Positions 30,138 to 38,894 of a DNA stretch of 64,000 nucleotides are shown in pieces. Each line of letters starts with the position of its first letter. The stretch's first letter is position 1. The position numbers were made by a program, and so were the translations under genes. Below the pieces are notes generated by a model. The model saw nothing but the letters and a program-made list of their open reading frames with translations, was not told where the DNA came from and made no database searches. The stretch spans positions 21,023 to 85,022 of the IMG/VR virus record IMGVR_UViG_3300029156_000002; one strand, written 5' to 3'. This DNA is from a virus.

Positions 30138-30497
30138 CTAGTTTACTGCTTCGTTTGCCCAGTCCAGATCAAGTTCTGAAATACGGCCGCGCTTCTGCGC
30201 TTCTCTATGAGCCTGTGAGACAAGCGCACGTTCTTCCTCTGGGGACTCAAGTTCTTGAAGATCGCGCGATTCGAAGTCGTCTTCTGTTATGACCTCATCG
30301 GCCGCTAGATTCATAGACTCGCTGGCTTGCTTTACATTCTTGCCAAGCAAGACATAAGGCCGGTCGTCTATGGGTGCAGCAAAATAGCCCTTGTTGGGAA
30401 TGTGGTAGATGTTCAGAACACCAAACCCGATCTGTCCCGCCAGAGCTTCTAGCGATTCTGTTCCTGGTGTGGCTTTAGCTACAATTTTTTGTTTCAT
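30138..30497 (-). CDS. Hypothetical protein
   Basis: Likely start ATG 30497 (MKQKIVAK). Confidence 0.55.
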   Translation of the reverse strand: MKQKIVAKATPGTESLEALAGQIGFGVLNIYHIPNKGYFAAPIDDRPYVLLGKNVKQASESMNLAADEVITEDDFESRDLQELESPEEERALVSQAHREAQKRGRISELDLDWANEAVN

Positions 30498-30930
30498 TTG
30501 AGCGCCACACTGAATCGAGAAATTTCGTAAAAGTCTGAACGTCTGTGTTGTTTCGTGCAAGATTTGCTGCCCTCGACGCAATCACGACATTATCCTTAGT
30601 GTATCCTTTGAAGTTATCTAAGCGGTCGAGCGACATATGTGCAGGATCTTTCGTTCCGTCAATAACAAGCGGAATAGAAAACCAATAACATCTATTGCTT
30701 TGCTTTTCAAGCAAAACGTTCAAGTGTTCTAGAGTCAGATCAAAATCAAAGCCCTTCTTCTTGGAGCGTTTCTTTGCGTCTTGCAGGTGTGCCCGCAAAG
30801 GATCTTCCCTACGCCGACCGCGTTTGAATTCATTTTCGCAGGCGCGGCAAATATTGGCTCGCGACCTGAATTGATCCACGTGGCGAGTCAGTTTGCACTT
30901 TGTGCATTCTTGGTAACTTTTGTTTTGCAC
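30475..30930 (-). CDS. HNH / His-Me finger endonuclease with N-terminal Zn finger
   Basis: CTKC...CRAC; FDFDLTLEHL; RCYWF; SLDRLDNFKGYTKDNVVIASRAANLARN. Confidence 0.75.
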   Translation of the reverse strand: MQNKSYQECTKCKLTRHVDQFRSRANICRACENEFKRGRRREDPLRAHLQDAKKRSKKKGFDFDLTLEHLNVLLEKQSNRCYWFSIPLVIDGTKDPAHMSLDRLDNFKGYTKDNVVIASRAANLARNNTDVQTFTKFLDSVWRSNETKNCS

Positions 30931-30960
30931 GGTCGTCTAACCTCAAGTTACAACATGTAT

Positions 30961-30994
30961 AAAAATGGCCCCCACGACATCAAGCCGTGAGAGC
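30961..30994 (-). terminator. Putative intrinsic terminator
   Basis: GGCTCTCACGG...CGTGGGGCC stem plus ATTTTT. Confidence 0.55.
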
Positions 30995-31018
30995 CGTTAA
31001 GTAAGCCAAGGGTTAAGA

Positions 31019-31315
31019 TTATTCCTCTTTCCCAGCTAGTTCGCTCATTAGCTGGTCAGTACTGTCAAAGCTGGTGAGAGCGCTTAACAGGAAACTGGTC
31101 ATGCGATCGATTTTCGAAGAAACTCCAACAGAGGCCTCCACAACCTCCGCGAAAACTTCCCGTAGTCTAGCTTGCGACTCTGGTGGCTGATTTGCAAAAC
31201 TGGACGAAGCGAGGCCGAGACCAGTTATAACTTGGACGGCAGTTGTTTGCTCGCTGGGATACAATTTGCCGAAGATCTGCTTCAAGTGTTCTTCAAATGC
31301 TTTACCCGCTTCCAT
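31019..31315 (-). CDS. Hypothetical protein
   Basis: Likely start ATG 31315 (MEAGKAFEEHL), right after the upstream stop. Confidence 0.55.
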   Translation of the reverse strand: MEAGKAFEEHLKQIFGKLYPSEQTTAVQVITGLGLASSSFANQPPESQARLREVFAEVVEASVGVSSKIDRMTSFLLSALTSFDSTDQLMSELAGKEE

Positions 31316-31316
31316 G

Positions 31317-31673
31317 CTAGCTTGTCCCTTTGCTTTCGCCGTCCAAGACATTTTGCGTAAGTTTGATCTCAAATTCAGGCTCCGGCGTTCCAAGCGAAAC
31401 TTCATATCCGCTTGGGATTGTATTGTCTTCAGATTTCTGAAGTGGCTCAAGGCGAGTGACACGTGACTCAAGCTCAGATGCACTTTGTGTGAATGCGCGG
31501 AACGAATCTTCAAGCGATTTTACTTTTTGCGCCAGGCGTTGGTTCTCGTCGAAAATATCGGACAAGCCTTCTAGCAAAAAGGTGATCTCAGCTTTATCGC
31601 GGGTGACTCCTAGTTGAGTCTGTAGCTCTACATATTCGCGAAAACGTTTTGTTGTGAGTTTTAGTGTATTCAT
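31317..31673 (-). CDS. Hypothetical coiled-coil protein
   Basis: Likely start ATG 31673 (MNTLKLTT). Confidence 0.6.
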   Translation of the reverse strand: MNTLKLTTKRFREYVELQTQLGVTRDKAEITFLLEGLSDIFDENQRLAQKVKSLEDSFRAFTQSASELESRVTRLEPLQKSEDNTIPSGYEVSLGTPEPEFEIKLTQNVLDGESKGTS

Positions 31674-31697
31674 AAAGGTTTTTGGGCTATAAGCAAA

Positions 31698-31727
31698 ACC
31701 ATAACATGGTTGATATGATATGGTCAA
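31698..31727 (-). promoter_or_regulatory. Sigma70-type promoter TTGACC-18-TATGGT (extended -10)
   Basis: Read directly upstream of the 31673 start. Confidence 0.5.
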
Positions 31728-31905
31728 GGGTCTTTTTCTGGAGTTTTCTCACATACTGCGTTAGTTATGTTAGGAATGATAGTCTTATGTTAGCTTTGGG
31801 CATGGTGAATAACATAAGTTTGAGCTGGGAAATATATTGAATCGCCCATGATGATGCTTGTAGCTGTGCGAATTCGGCAAGTAAACGCCGTTAAGTTCTT
31901 GGGAC

Positions 31906-31934
31906 TTGACAAAAGTTGAAACATGTGCTACCCT
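31906..31934 (+). promoter_or_regulatory. Plus-strand sigma70-type promoter TTGACA-17-TACCCT with TGn extension
   Basis: TTGACA 31906-31911, TACCCT 31929-31934; no plus-strand ORF downstream. Confidence 0.5.
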
Positions 31935-32123
31935 ATACCAAGCTCGCTCCGCTCGCCCACCTAGCGGTGGATTCATTCACTCTTAATTAATAAGAAAAAT
32001 TACAAGTTGCTGGGAGGCTTTAGCCGGACAGCAGAGGACGTCAAGTCCTCTTTAACGCTCCTAGCATCAAAAGCATAATTGCTATTAAGCATTAAAGCTA
32101 CTAAGAACCAAACAAGGATAGAT

Positions 32124-32378
32124 CTAAGTTTGGTTCTTTTCCTTCGTTCTAAATTTTGCTAGGATTTGCTGGACGGCCTCGCCGATTACGTTCCCGTGTT
32201 CACTCCCCAGTCTGTTGACTCCTAGCTTAGTAAAACTCCGGGTCTCAGATTTTCCTTTCGATCGAACAAGAATTTGCATCGTGTCTTTGTTCGTTGGAAC
32301 AGGAAGAAACGTAACGCTTTCGCCTTCGCGCAGGTTTACTAGCTCTACAGTCAGCTTATTTGTTTTGAAATTTGGCAT
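32124..32378 (-). CDS. Hypothetical protein
   Basis: Intact ORF with SD AAGGA. Confidence 0.6.
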   Translation of the reverse strand: MPNFKTNKLTVELVNLREGESVTFLPVPTNKDTMQILVRSKGKSETRSFTKLGVNRLGSEHGNVIGEAVQQILAKFRTKEKNQT

Positions 32379-32387
32379 CAGTTCCTT

Positions 32388-32720
32388 TTACAGTTCTTCT
32401 AGTTCTTTCTGCAGTTCTTTTTTGCGAGCAAGCTTCCATGCTTGCAAGTCCGCTTCGTATTTACTAAGCTTGTCTGCGTATCGCTTCAACGCGCGCTGGT
32501 ATGTTGCGAGTTGAGTTTCATACATTTGATTCACGGCTTCAATTTCATAGGAAAACCAAGAACAATCGCAATGCTCTTGCCATCGAACGTTTTGTTTGCC
32601 CTCTAGCTTTTTGCAAATTTCGCTCAACAGCTCACCGTGATCGGGGTAATATTCTCTCGTGACGGTGTTCACTTCCTTGGGCTCAGTAGGCTTGCGTGGC
32701 TTCGTTGGTTTCTTAGTCAT
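32388..32720 (-). CDS. Hypothetical protein, paralog of 48046..48414
   Basis: KPTKPRKP N-terminus; YE..L..Y...K.Y...L..YE..L.AW helix; ATGA overlap at 32720. Confidence 0.6.
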   Translation of the reverse strand: MTKKPTKPRKPTEPKEVNTVTREYYPDHGELLSEICKKLEGKQNVRWQEHCDCSWFSYEIEAVNQMYETQLATYQRALKRYADKLSKYEADLQAWKLARKKELQKELEEL

Positions 32721-33019
32721 CGTAACTCTCCGTAGTACCACAAAGCTTGGGCTGTTTCTGTAAGCACGTTAGCCCTGGCAATTCGCTCAGCTTCAAAGCG
32801 AGCTTCGCTTGGAGAGCTGCAAGGCCCTCCGTGCTCGCTTAATTCTCCATGTGTCATCGGGACATCAACCGACCAATACCAATTGCCATCCGTTGCGTCT
32901 GCTTGGATCCTCAGCGTATAGCGATCATGCGTGCCAACTTCTCCATTCTCAGACCACTCAACGTTTTTAGAGACGATGTCCCACGCTTTGGCCTTTTCCT
33001 TTTCGCTTACCTCGCTCAA
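32717..33019 (-). CDS. Hypothetical protein
   Basis: Intact ORF, translationally coupled. Confidence 0.6.
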   Translation of the reverse strand: MSEVSEKEKAKAWDIVSKNVEWSENGEVGTHDRYTLRIQADATDGNWYWSVDVPMTHGELSEHGGPCSSPSEARFEAERIARANVLTETAQALWYYGELR

Positions 33020-33213
33020 AACTTGTTCTCTTCTTTCTCGGATTCTAGCATTTCTTCGATGAACTTGGCAAGCTTAGAATCAGTATCAAGCGTGTCAGCA
33101 CTTTCGCCCCAAAGCTTCAAGGCATAGGTCTTGACTTTGTCCCAGCGCTCAGCTTTCCTTTGCAGGTTTGCGTTCTGCTTTCGCAAGGTTTCCTCATAGG
33201 TTTTGTACGCCAT
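33016..33213 (-). CDS. Hypothetical protein
   Basis: Intact ORF, coupled. Confidence 0.55.
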   Translation of the reverse strand: MAYKTYEETLRKQNANLQRKAERWDKVKTYALKLWGESADTLDTDSKLAKFIEEMLESEKEENKF

Positions 33214-34129
33214 TAGATTTTCTCCGCATGGTAGCGGACATGTTGGTCAAATGGTCCTCAGCGTTAATCCTGGTCAAGCTGTCGCTTAAATTAATAGTTG
33301 CAATGACGCTGTCTGAGTCGATCAAGGCAACTTGCTGCCTCAACCCATCATATTTGATGTTGTGGCCTAGCTTCAATTTAAGTTCGTAGTTCCACAGCTG
33401 ATCCACCACGCTCATGTCGCGAAAACCTTCGTGGGTGAGTATCAATGTCTTCGCAGCGTACTCGGTATCAACAACCATAGAACTACGCTTTTCCCCAGCG
33501 AAGTCAACACAAACAAACTTACCCTCTCGATAAGCTTGATAGCCTTTGGGCACCCAACTAAACGAGCTAGGTTGCTCTTGTGCTTCTGAGCTTTTGGCTA
33601 GGTTCATTGATTCATGAAACCACGATAGCGCATCAACGCGATCAAATTTAGGTGCTTCTGCGCCTAGATCGTCAGCGATCACAACGTCAAGGTGCTGACC
33701 TTTAAAGTCGCTCGCTGGCTTCAGGCCGCGTTTAGCATCCTCAGCACGGGCGAAATCCACGCACGCTTGCATCTTTGGATCTAGATGCGAACGAATTTCT
33801 TGGAGCATCGCCCTGCTTTTTGCGAGCTCGCAGGCTTTCTTTGTGCCGCCTGGATCTCGTGCCTTCCCGATGCGGTCCGCAAAATCGTTAAGCTTGCTTT
33901 TCATCTCAATAGAAAGCGTGGGCCAGACGCCGCCGTCTTTTGTCCTAGTCTTATAGGTCACAGACAAGGAGCCGTCAAGCGACGGTGTTATGCCTGGCGG
34001 CAGAGAGCTTTGATCGATAACTACCCCTTTGCCTTCGCATATGTCACATTTGACATAGCCAGACGTGAAGCCTTTCAGGTACGTCCCGCCTACGCAGTCT
34101 TTGCATTTGATCGTCTTAACTTCTATCAT
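33194..34129 (-). CDS. Hypothetical protein with DnaJ-type Zn finger and mosaic motif fragments
   Basis: CKDCVGG...CDICEGKG; later short matches to terminase and PolA exonuclease motifs. Confidence 0.55.
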   Translation of the reverse strand: MIEVKTIKCKDCVGGTYLKGFTSGYVKCDICEGKGVVIDQSSLPPGITPSLDGSLSVTYKTRTKDGGVWPTLSIEMKSKLNDFADRIGKARDPGGTKKACELAKSRAMLQEIRSHLDPKMQACVDFARAEDAKRGLKPASDFKGQHLDVVIADDLGAEAPKFDRVDALSWFHESMNLAKSSEAQEQPSSFSWVPKGYQAYREGKFVCVDFAGEKRSSMVVDTEYAAKTLILTHEGFRDMSVVDQLWNYELKLKLGHNIKYDGLRQQVALIDSDSVIATINLSDSLTRINAEDHLTNMSATMRRKSNGVQNL

Positions 34130-34337
34130 ACTCTTCCTTCAGTAGCTCATTTAGCTTGTCAAGCGCATCGGCATTTAGAATATTTTCGCCACAAGGAGGA
34201 CCTAGAGTTGGATTTGGAATTGGCATCTGAGCCCTTAAGCGATCAATGTTTCGCGACAGCGTTCGAACTGAATTTTCTAGATGCTCAATTTTCTTGCTGA
34301 AAAGTTCTAGTTGATGTTCTATGCTTTTACACGCCAT
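34116..34337 (-). CDS. Hypothetical protein
   Basis: First gene after the promoter at 34350-34378. Confidence 0.6.
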   Translation of the reverse strand: MACKSIEHQLELFSKKIEHLENSVRTLSRNIDRLRAQMPIPNPTLGPPCGENILNADALDKLNELLKEEYDRS

Positions 34338-34349
34338 AGGTTCTCTAGG

Positions 34350-34378
34350 ATCATACAGACCACGTCCGTTTCTGTCAA
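34350..34378 (-). promoter_or_regulatory. Strong sigma70-type promoter TTGACA-17-TATGAT
   Basis: Near-consensus; 12 nt upstream of ATG 34337 and just downstream of a terminator. Confidence 0.8.
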
Positions 34379-34388
34379 GGGAAAAAGC

Positions 34389-34422
34389 AAAAAAAATAGC
34401 CGGCTCGTTTGTGAGCCAGCTA
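34389..34422 (-). terminator. Intrinsic terminator
   Basis: TAGCTGGCTC/GAGCCGGCTA stem plus 8-T run. Confidence 0.8.
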
Positions 34423-34446
34423 CAGTAAGTTTTCCAAAGCTAAGGG

Positions 34447-34845
34447 TTAGCTGTCAACCTCAAAAGCTGCGGTTGCGATTCGGCAAGCAAGGCGCAATGC
34501 TTCAAGCTGGGAGAGTTCGTGTTCGGCAGAGGCCCGGTCGTCGTTCAGCCTCAGTATAACGGAATCTGAATCTCTCCAAACCACTCCTGCATAACCATGC
34601 AGATCTTCCCAATGCTCAAGGCAGCCTTCCTCTAGGGTAAAGGCAAACTTAGCTTTCAAGCGCTCTAGCTCCTCTTGCTCCTCATCTGGTTCGTCTTCTG
34701 GCTCGATGCAGACACGCTGTTCTAGCTCAGCTTCAACATCGCTCAGCCGCCTTTCGGCTCTCTTGCCTTCTTGCACGATCTTGATTAGCTGCTCGTCTAT
34801 ATATTCTCTTAGCTTCTGAAGCTCTGATTGTTTAATCGGCATCAT
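34447..34845 (-). CDS. Hypothetical protein
   Basis: Intact acidic ORF. Confidence 0.6.
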   Translation of the reverse strand: MMPIKQSELQKLREYIDEQLIKIVQEGKRAERRLSDVEAELEQRVCIEPEDEPDEEQEELERLKAKFAFTLEEGCLEHWEDLHGYAGVVWRDSDSVILRLNDDRASAEHELSQLEALRLACRIATAAFEVDS

Positions 34846-34855
34846 TATCTTCTTT

Positions 34856-35320
34856 CTATTCGTCTTGATCTAAAATCTGCATTCCGCAAGCCGTCATGAC
34901 CTCTAAATAATTCCCTGAGTGACATTGCGCTCCTAGGTCTGAGACTGACGCAAAATATCCTCGCTCGGGTTCCTCGATCGTAAGTTTGCCAGACTTTATA
35001 GCTTGGTGAGCGGCCCACACAGCTTCCTTCTCTAACTTTTCACCGTTTACTCCAAAGACTTTGTCGATGAGCCGCATCGTCTTCATGAGGTCTTGGACCA
35101 TGTTCCGCTCCCGAACATAAAGCTCATAGAATCTGTAAGCTTCATCTTCCATGTCGCACGACTCCTCAACGTAACCTTCAAACCTTTTCTGATCTTGCAA
35201 GTCTCTGCGATAATTAGACCAGCCCTTTGTGTGTTTGTTGTCAGGTTCGATGACAAGAATATCGCCTGAGATTAGGTGCTTGAATGTTATAGCATTTGGC
35301 TTTTCTTTACTGCCGAACAT
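34856..35320 (-). CDS. Hypothetical protein
   Basis: Intact ORF, TAATG overlap. Confidence 0.6.
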   Translation of the reverse strand: MFGSKEKPNAITFKHLISGDILVIEPDNKHTKGWSNYRRDLQDQKRFEGYVEESCDMEDEAYRFYELYVRERNMVQDLMKTMRLIDKVFGVNGEKLEKEAVWAAHQAIKSGKLTIEEPERGYFASVSDLGAQCHSGNYLEVMTACGMQILDQDE

Positions 35321-35802
35321 TATTCTTGCTCTTGCTCTTGCTCGTCGTCAAAGCCGTGCAGCGGACAGTCACCAAACGTAATCCACCCAAACTCTTCACC
35401 CATTCCGCCGCGCCCTTTGCCGTTATGGTTGTCCATGCGTGGGCACTTGCACCCTTGCTTATATGCTTCTGTGCTTCCTGGGTTGGGTTCGTTGATCGTG
35501 AATGCTGATTCAAGCCCCTCTTCTTCAAGAGCTTCGAATACAACATCTTGGAGCGTTTCCTTTAACCATTTCTTCACATGAGACTCTTCGATGCCCTCAG
35601 GTGCTTTTATGGCTCTATTGCCCCAAATGATAGGGACAGAGGAGCCTTTCTGAGAAAAGGTAGCTACAACGATCCCCATCTCTTCTTGTTCGGAGGTAGA
35701 TGTAATTTCGACCTGAAGGTCGCGCCTTGGCAAGCGCTCTTCTAAAAATTTTTGTATTGCGTCAACAAGCGCGGCCCTATTTTTTGCGTTGTTTTGGATC
35801 AT
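35320..35802 (-). CDS. Hypothetical protein with C-terminal Cys/His motif
   Basis: PNPGSTEAYKQGCKCPRMDN...DCPLHG; start ATG 35802 in an ATGA overlap. Confidence 0.6.
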   Translation of the reverse strand: MIQNNAKNRAALVDAIQKFLEERLPRRDLQVEITSTSEQEEMGIVVATFSQKGSSVPIIWGNRAIKAPEGIEESHVKKWLKETLQDVVFEALEEEGLESAFTINEPNPGSTEAYKQGCKCPRMDNHNGKGRGGMGEEFGWITFGDCPLHGFDDEQEQEQE

Positions 35803-36182
35803 AATTTTAACCAATTCCGAATGCTTTGATAGACTGCATTATCACGTGTATCAGAAAAATTGTTGCTGGCAATAAGGTTTCGAATAGAATATGATGCTTT
35901 TTCGGATATCCACTGCATGTCCAGCACAACTGCGTCCACGCCTGAGCAATCATTGCTCATGTACATCAAGCGCAAATATGCCTCAACCGTTAAGGGAGCT
36001 TTTCGCCACAAAGCGGCAGGTACCTCTACGAAGTGGATATGGTGGTCTTCATAGCACATTCCGTTGTCGAAGATTAGTGTGATTGTTTTTTCCATGGCGC
36101 GGAAAATGTCTTTAAATCTAGGCCCATTCGCGTATTTCTTTAAATACTCAAAAAACGGAAGGTTAAAGTCGCTGTCATCCAT
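35799..36182 (-). CDS. Hypothetical protein
   Basis: Intact ORF. Confidence 0.55.
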   Translation of the reverse strand: MDDSDFNLPFFEYLKKYANGPRFKDIFRAMEKTITLIFDNGMCYEDHHIHFVEVPAALWRKAPLTVEAYLRLMYMSNDCSGVDAVVLDMQWISEKASYSIRNLIASNNFSDTRDNAVYQSIRNWLKL

Positions 36183-36184
36183 GC

Positions 36185-36526
36185 TTAGCTCACAAATGTT
36201 CTTCCGTCTCTGTCGCGATACAAGTCGCCGCGGTCCTGCTCTCCGAACAGAGAAATCATCTTCTCAAACTTATCGCCCATTCGCTTCCACTCCCCACAAG
36301 ACTGACAGAGGACTTGCTTGCTATCTGGCGTCCAGTCATCTCGAAATGGTTGATCGTAGTACGTGTTCCTGAACGTCAAGCTCTTGATAGCCTTCCTAGC
36401 GTTACAGCTGGGGCACTTCCACTGCGTACGTGCCTGGAGAGCTTCCTTTTGCTTCTTGAGCTTTCCGATCTGAATTTCTAAACCGGCGATCTCTGCGTCT
36501 AACTCTTTGATCTTCTTGTTGCTCAT
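36185..36526 (-). CDS. Zn-ribbon hypothetical protein
   Basis: CPSC...CQSC. Confidence 0.6.
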   Translation of the reverse strand: MSNKKIKELDAEIAGLEIQIGKLKKQKEALQARTQWKCPSCNARKAIKSLTFRNTYYDQPFRDDWTPDSKQVLCQSCGEWKRMGDKFEKMISLFGEQDRGDLYRDRDGRTFVS

Positions 36527-37044
36527 GTCGCGATCCGTTCCATGACCTCATCATAGCTAAACGGCTCATAGTTTCCATGGCAGTCTACTCCAACGTCTAG
36601 GCGCCCGTCAAGCTCTTCCAGCGTCCCGTGACAGTGCCCGTGTAGCATCACAGAGCCGTCGTGTGAGCCGTTCCAAGACGCCATGGGGTAGTGGCACATA
36701 ACAATCTTGCGACGGTTCACGCGGTGTTCTACGAAGCCTGAGGGGATGATTTCAGCGAACAGGTGTGCAACCTTCTCGAACTCTTTTTTCTCGTCATGAT
36801 TTCCCAGAATGATGCGAATCTGCCCATTCAGCTGGCGAACGATTCTTTCCAAGACATCTGCCTTGTGATGAAACGCAAAGTCGCCTAGATGCCAAACTGT
36901 TGCGTTCTTTGGAACTTTCTGATTCCAACGCTCGACCAAACAATCGTTCATGCGCTTCGCGTCGAAGAACGGGCGCTTGCAGAACTTGATAATGTTCGTG
37001 TGCCAAAAGTGCGTATCAGATGTGATGAATTGATTTTCTTTCAT
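36523..37044 (-). CDS. Calcineurin-like metallophosphoesterase
   Basis: SDTHFWH, HLGDF, LGNHD, CHYP, LHGHCH. Confidence 0.92.
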   Translation of the reverse strand: MKENQFITSDTHFWHTNIIKFCKRPFFDAKRMNDCLVERWNQKVPKNATVWHLGDFAFHHKADVLERIVRQLNGQIRIILGNHDEKKEFEKVAHLFAEIIPSGFVEHRVNRRKIVMCHYPMASWNGSHDGSVMLHGHCHGTLEELDGRLDVGVDCHGNYEPFSYDEVMERIAT

Positions 37045-37048
37045 GTCG

Positions 37049-37357
37049 TTAATTACTCAAAGAAGCTTGGTGAATCGCTCGATTAATAGCTGTGACTCGT
37101 TGTTGGTAAGTTGTTTCTTTGCCAGTAAAGTCCAGTGGCAGGTCGTTAAAAAGGGAATGGAGTTCGCCAGGATCCAAACCACCTCGCCTTGCGAGCGTCT
37201 CTAGCGTCTGGCTGTGATTCTTCTGTGCGCGCTTTTGATACGGCTTTACAACCTTCCATTCCAAACGCATCGGGCAACCTAGCGTTACGTACATCTTCTT
37301 CAACGATGGATCCCGAGGCAACATAACTGGGAAGTATTTTCGTTTAGTATCAGCCAC
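37049..37357 (-). CDS. Hypothetical protein
   Basis: AQKNHSQTLETLARRGGLDPGEL; recalled as a recurrent phage family, unverified. Confidence 0.6.
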   Translation of the reverse strand: MADTKRKYFPVMLPRDPSLKKMYVTLGCPMRLEWKVVKPYQKRAQKNHSQTLETLARRGGLDPGELHSLFNDLPLDFTGKETTYQQRVTAINRAIHQASLSN

Positions 37358-37361
37358 AGAC

Positions 37362-37811
37362 TTACCCGCTTTTCTTTACCTTTTCAATATACTTGACTAC
37401 TTCGATTCCATGATCGCGCCAATCCTCTTCATAGATGAAATCAGAACGATCGCCAAAGGCCTCTAGCAAATCTCGCCAACTCTTAGCTTCTTTCCGCAGC
37501 TGAACAAGTTCAGCATGGTTTGCTCCCATGTGGCCAAGACAGAGGTAGTCAGGCTGTCCGCGCATGGCCTTGCCCAAGACAGTCAAACATGCCGTGCAAT
37601 CCATGTCAGCACCGTAGGAGACAGCTACGCCCTTGAGCATTTCCGCGGCTTGCTCCTGAGTCAAGACGCGCTCTTTACTAAGCGTCGCGATCTGATAGCC
37701 GTTCTCATTTACGATAGCGACCTGTCCGCTATATACAGCATCAAGGACAACGCGAGGGTTGTTCAAAAAGAATTCCTCATTGAACGAAGCTTTTTGATTC
37801 TTAGAAATCAT
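37362..37811 (-). CDS. Hypothetical protein
   Basis: Intact ORF, coupled. Confidence 0.55.
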   Translation of the reverse strand: MISKNQKASFNEEFFLNNPRVVLDAVYSGQVAIVNENGYQIATLSKERVLTQEQAAEMLKGVAVSYGADMDCTACLTVLGKAMRGQPDYLCLGHMGANHAELVQLRKEAKSWRDLLEAFGDRSDFIYEEDWRDHGIEVVKYIEKVKKSG

Positions 37812-38152
37812 TGCTTCACATCCTTACACAACAAGCCTCGGTTCCTTAGCTTGATCGCTGCATTTTGGCAAGCATACTCGGATTGAACTTGCATGCATTC
37901 AGAAAGCCATTCATGGGCGCAAGGCGAGCCAAACGTATATTCGCGTGCTCTAAGTTCGCTCTTCTCAAGCTTAGCTTCGTATCGGTGATTTTTATCCACT
38001 AATTTACTAATGCCCCAGCAGCTCAAGACAAAAAATAAGAGCCACGCTAACGCGTCTTTCTTGACCCAAAGCCACGCAAGTGCATTAATTAGTTTCCTAG
38101 AGCGCTGGGAAGACTCGCTAAGCGTTCTACCCGCATCTTTTCTATAGCTCAT
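37808..38152 (-). CDS. Single-pass membrane hypothetical protein
   Basis: Hydrophobic ALAWLLFFVLSCWGI, then a soluble Cys-containing domain. Confidence 0.55.
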   Translation of the reverse strand: MSYRKDAGRTLSESSQRSRKLINALAWLWVKKDALAWLLFFVLSCWGISKLVDKNHRYEAKLEKSELRAREYTFGSPCAHEWLSECMQVQSEYACQNAAIKLRNRGLLCKDVKQ

Positions 38153-38511
38153 CTTTCCTCATATCTATCTAGACCTAATTTTGTAGCTACAATAGCAGCC
38201 TTGATCTCTCTTTGCAAGAGCCGCTGCAAAGCTTCGATGTCGTTCTTGGAGATAAGCAGCCGTGCGTTTTCTGATAGACTTTCTACAAAAGAGTCAACTG
38301 TTGTGGCGGCTGATTTGCATATGTCAGGACGAGATCCTAGAGCCTCAGAGTATTTACGTACTGCTTCCTTAATTTTGCTCCTATGCTTATTTTGCTCTTG
38401 TCGCAAGCTCACTTTTTCGCTGAAGCCTTTTCTGTTCAACAGCTCCCAATACGACAAGCCATCTTGCAAGCTGCTTTGCTTTTCCTTTTTCGCTGGATCT
38501 CTGTAGCTCAA
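38149..38511 (-). CDS. Hypothetical protein
   Basis: Intact ORF, coupled. Confidence 0.55.
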   Translation of the reverse strand: MSYRDPAKKEKQSSLQDGLSYWELLNRKGFSEKVSLRQEQNKHRSKIKEAVRKYSEALGSRPDICKSAATTVDSFVESLSENARLLISKNDIEALQRLLQREIKAAIVATKLGLDRYEER

Positions 38512-38894
38512 AAGTTTTGATTCCCTCCCTCTAAGTACCGATCTAGCTTTCCGCCAAGAAGTTTCATCACATCTTTCAAGTGCTCAAATTCTAGGTCCGC
38601 AATTTGCTTGATGACAGTTTCCCGCATTTTTGCTTCCTCTTGTTTTCGCTGTGCCGCTTGGCGCTTGGCGACTTCCGCATCGTATACTGTCTCAGCCAAC
38701 TTTGCATCAAGCTCTAGAATCTTTGAAGCAAATGGAGGTAGTCCGCCATCTTTCGCTTGAACAACGCTCAACGCTTTGACGACAGCTTCTGTTGGTGAGC
38801 CGTATGAACGCTGATGGCTGATTGTCAAATTCTGCTTGACGGTACACTCGTACGTTCCGTCTGCGCGTGAGTTAACTGATAACGTGAACTTCAT
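38508..38894 (-). CDS. Hypothetical protein
   Basis: Intact ORF, coupled. Confidence 0.55.
   Translation of the reverse strand: MKFTLSVNSRADGTYECTVKQNLTISHQRSYGSPTEAVVKALSVVQAKDGGLPPFASKILELDAKLAETVYDAEVAKRQAAQRKQEEAKMRETVIKQIADLEFEHLKDVMKLLGGKLDRYLEGGNQNF

Noticed and set aside
31785-31976. 63-aa minus-strand ORF in the 31.7-32.1 kb gap
   Set aside because: No SD or convincing promoter, atypical composition, and it overlaps regulatory motifs.
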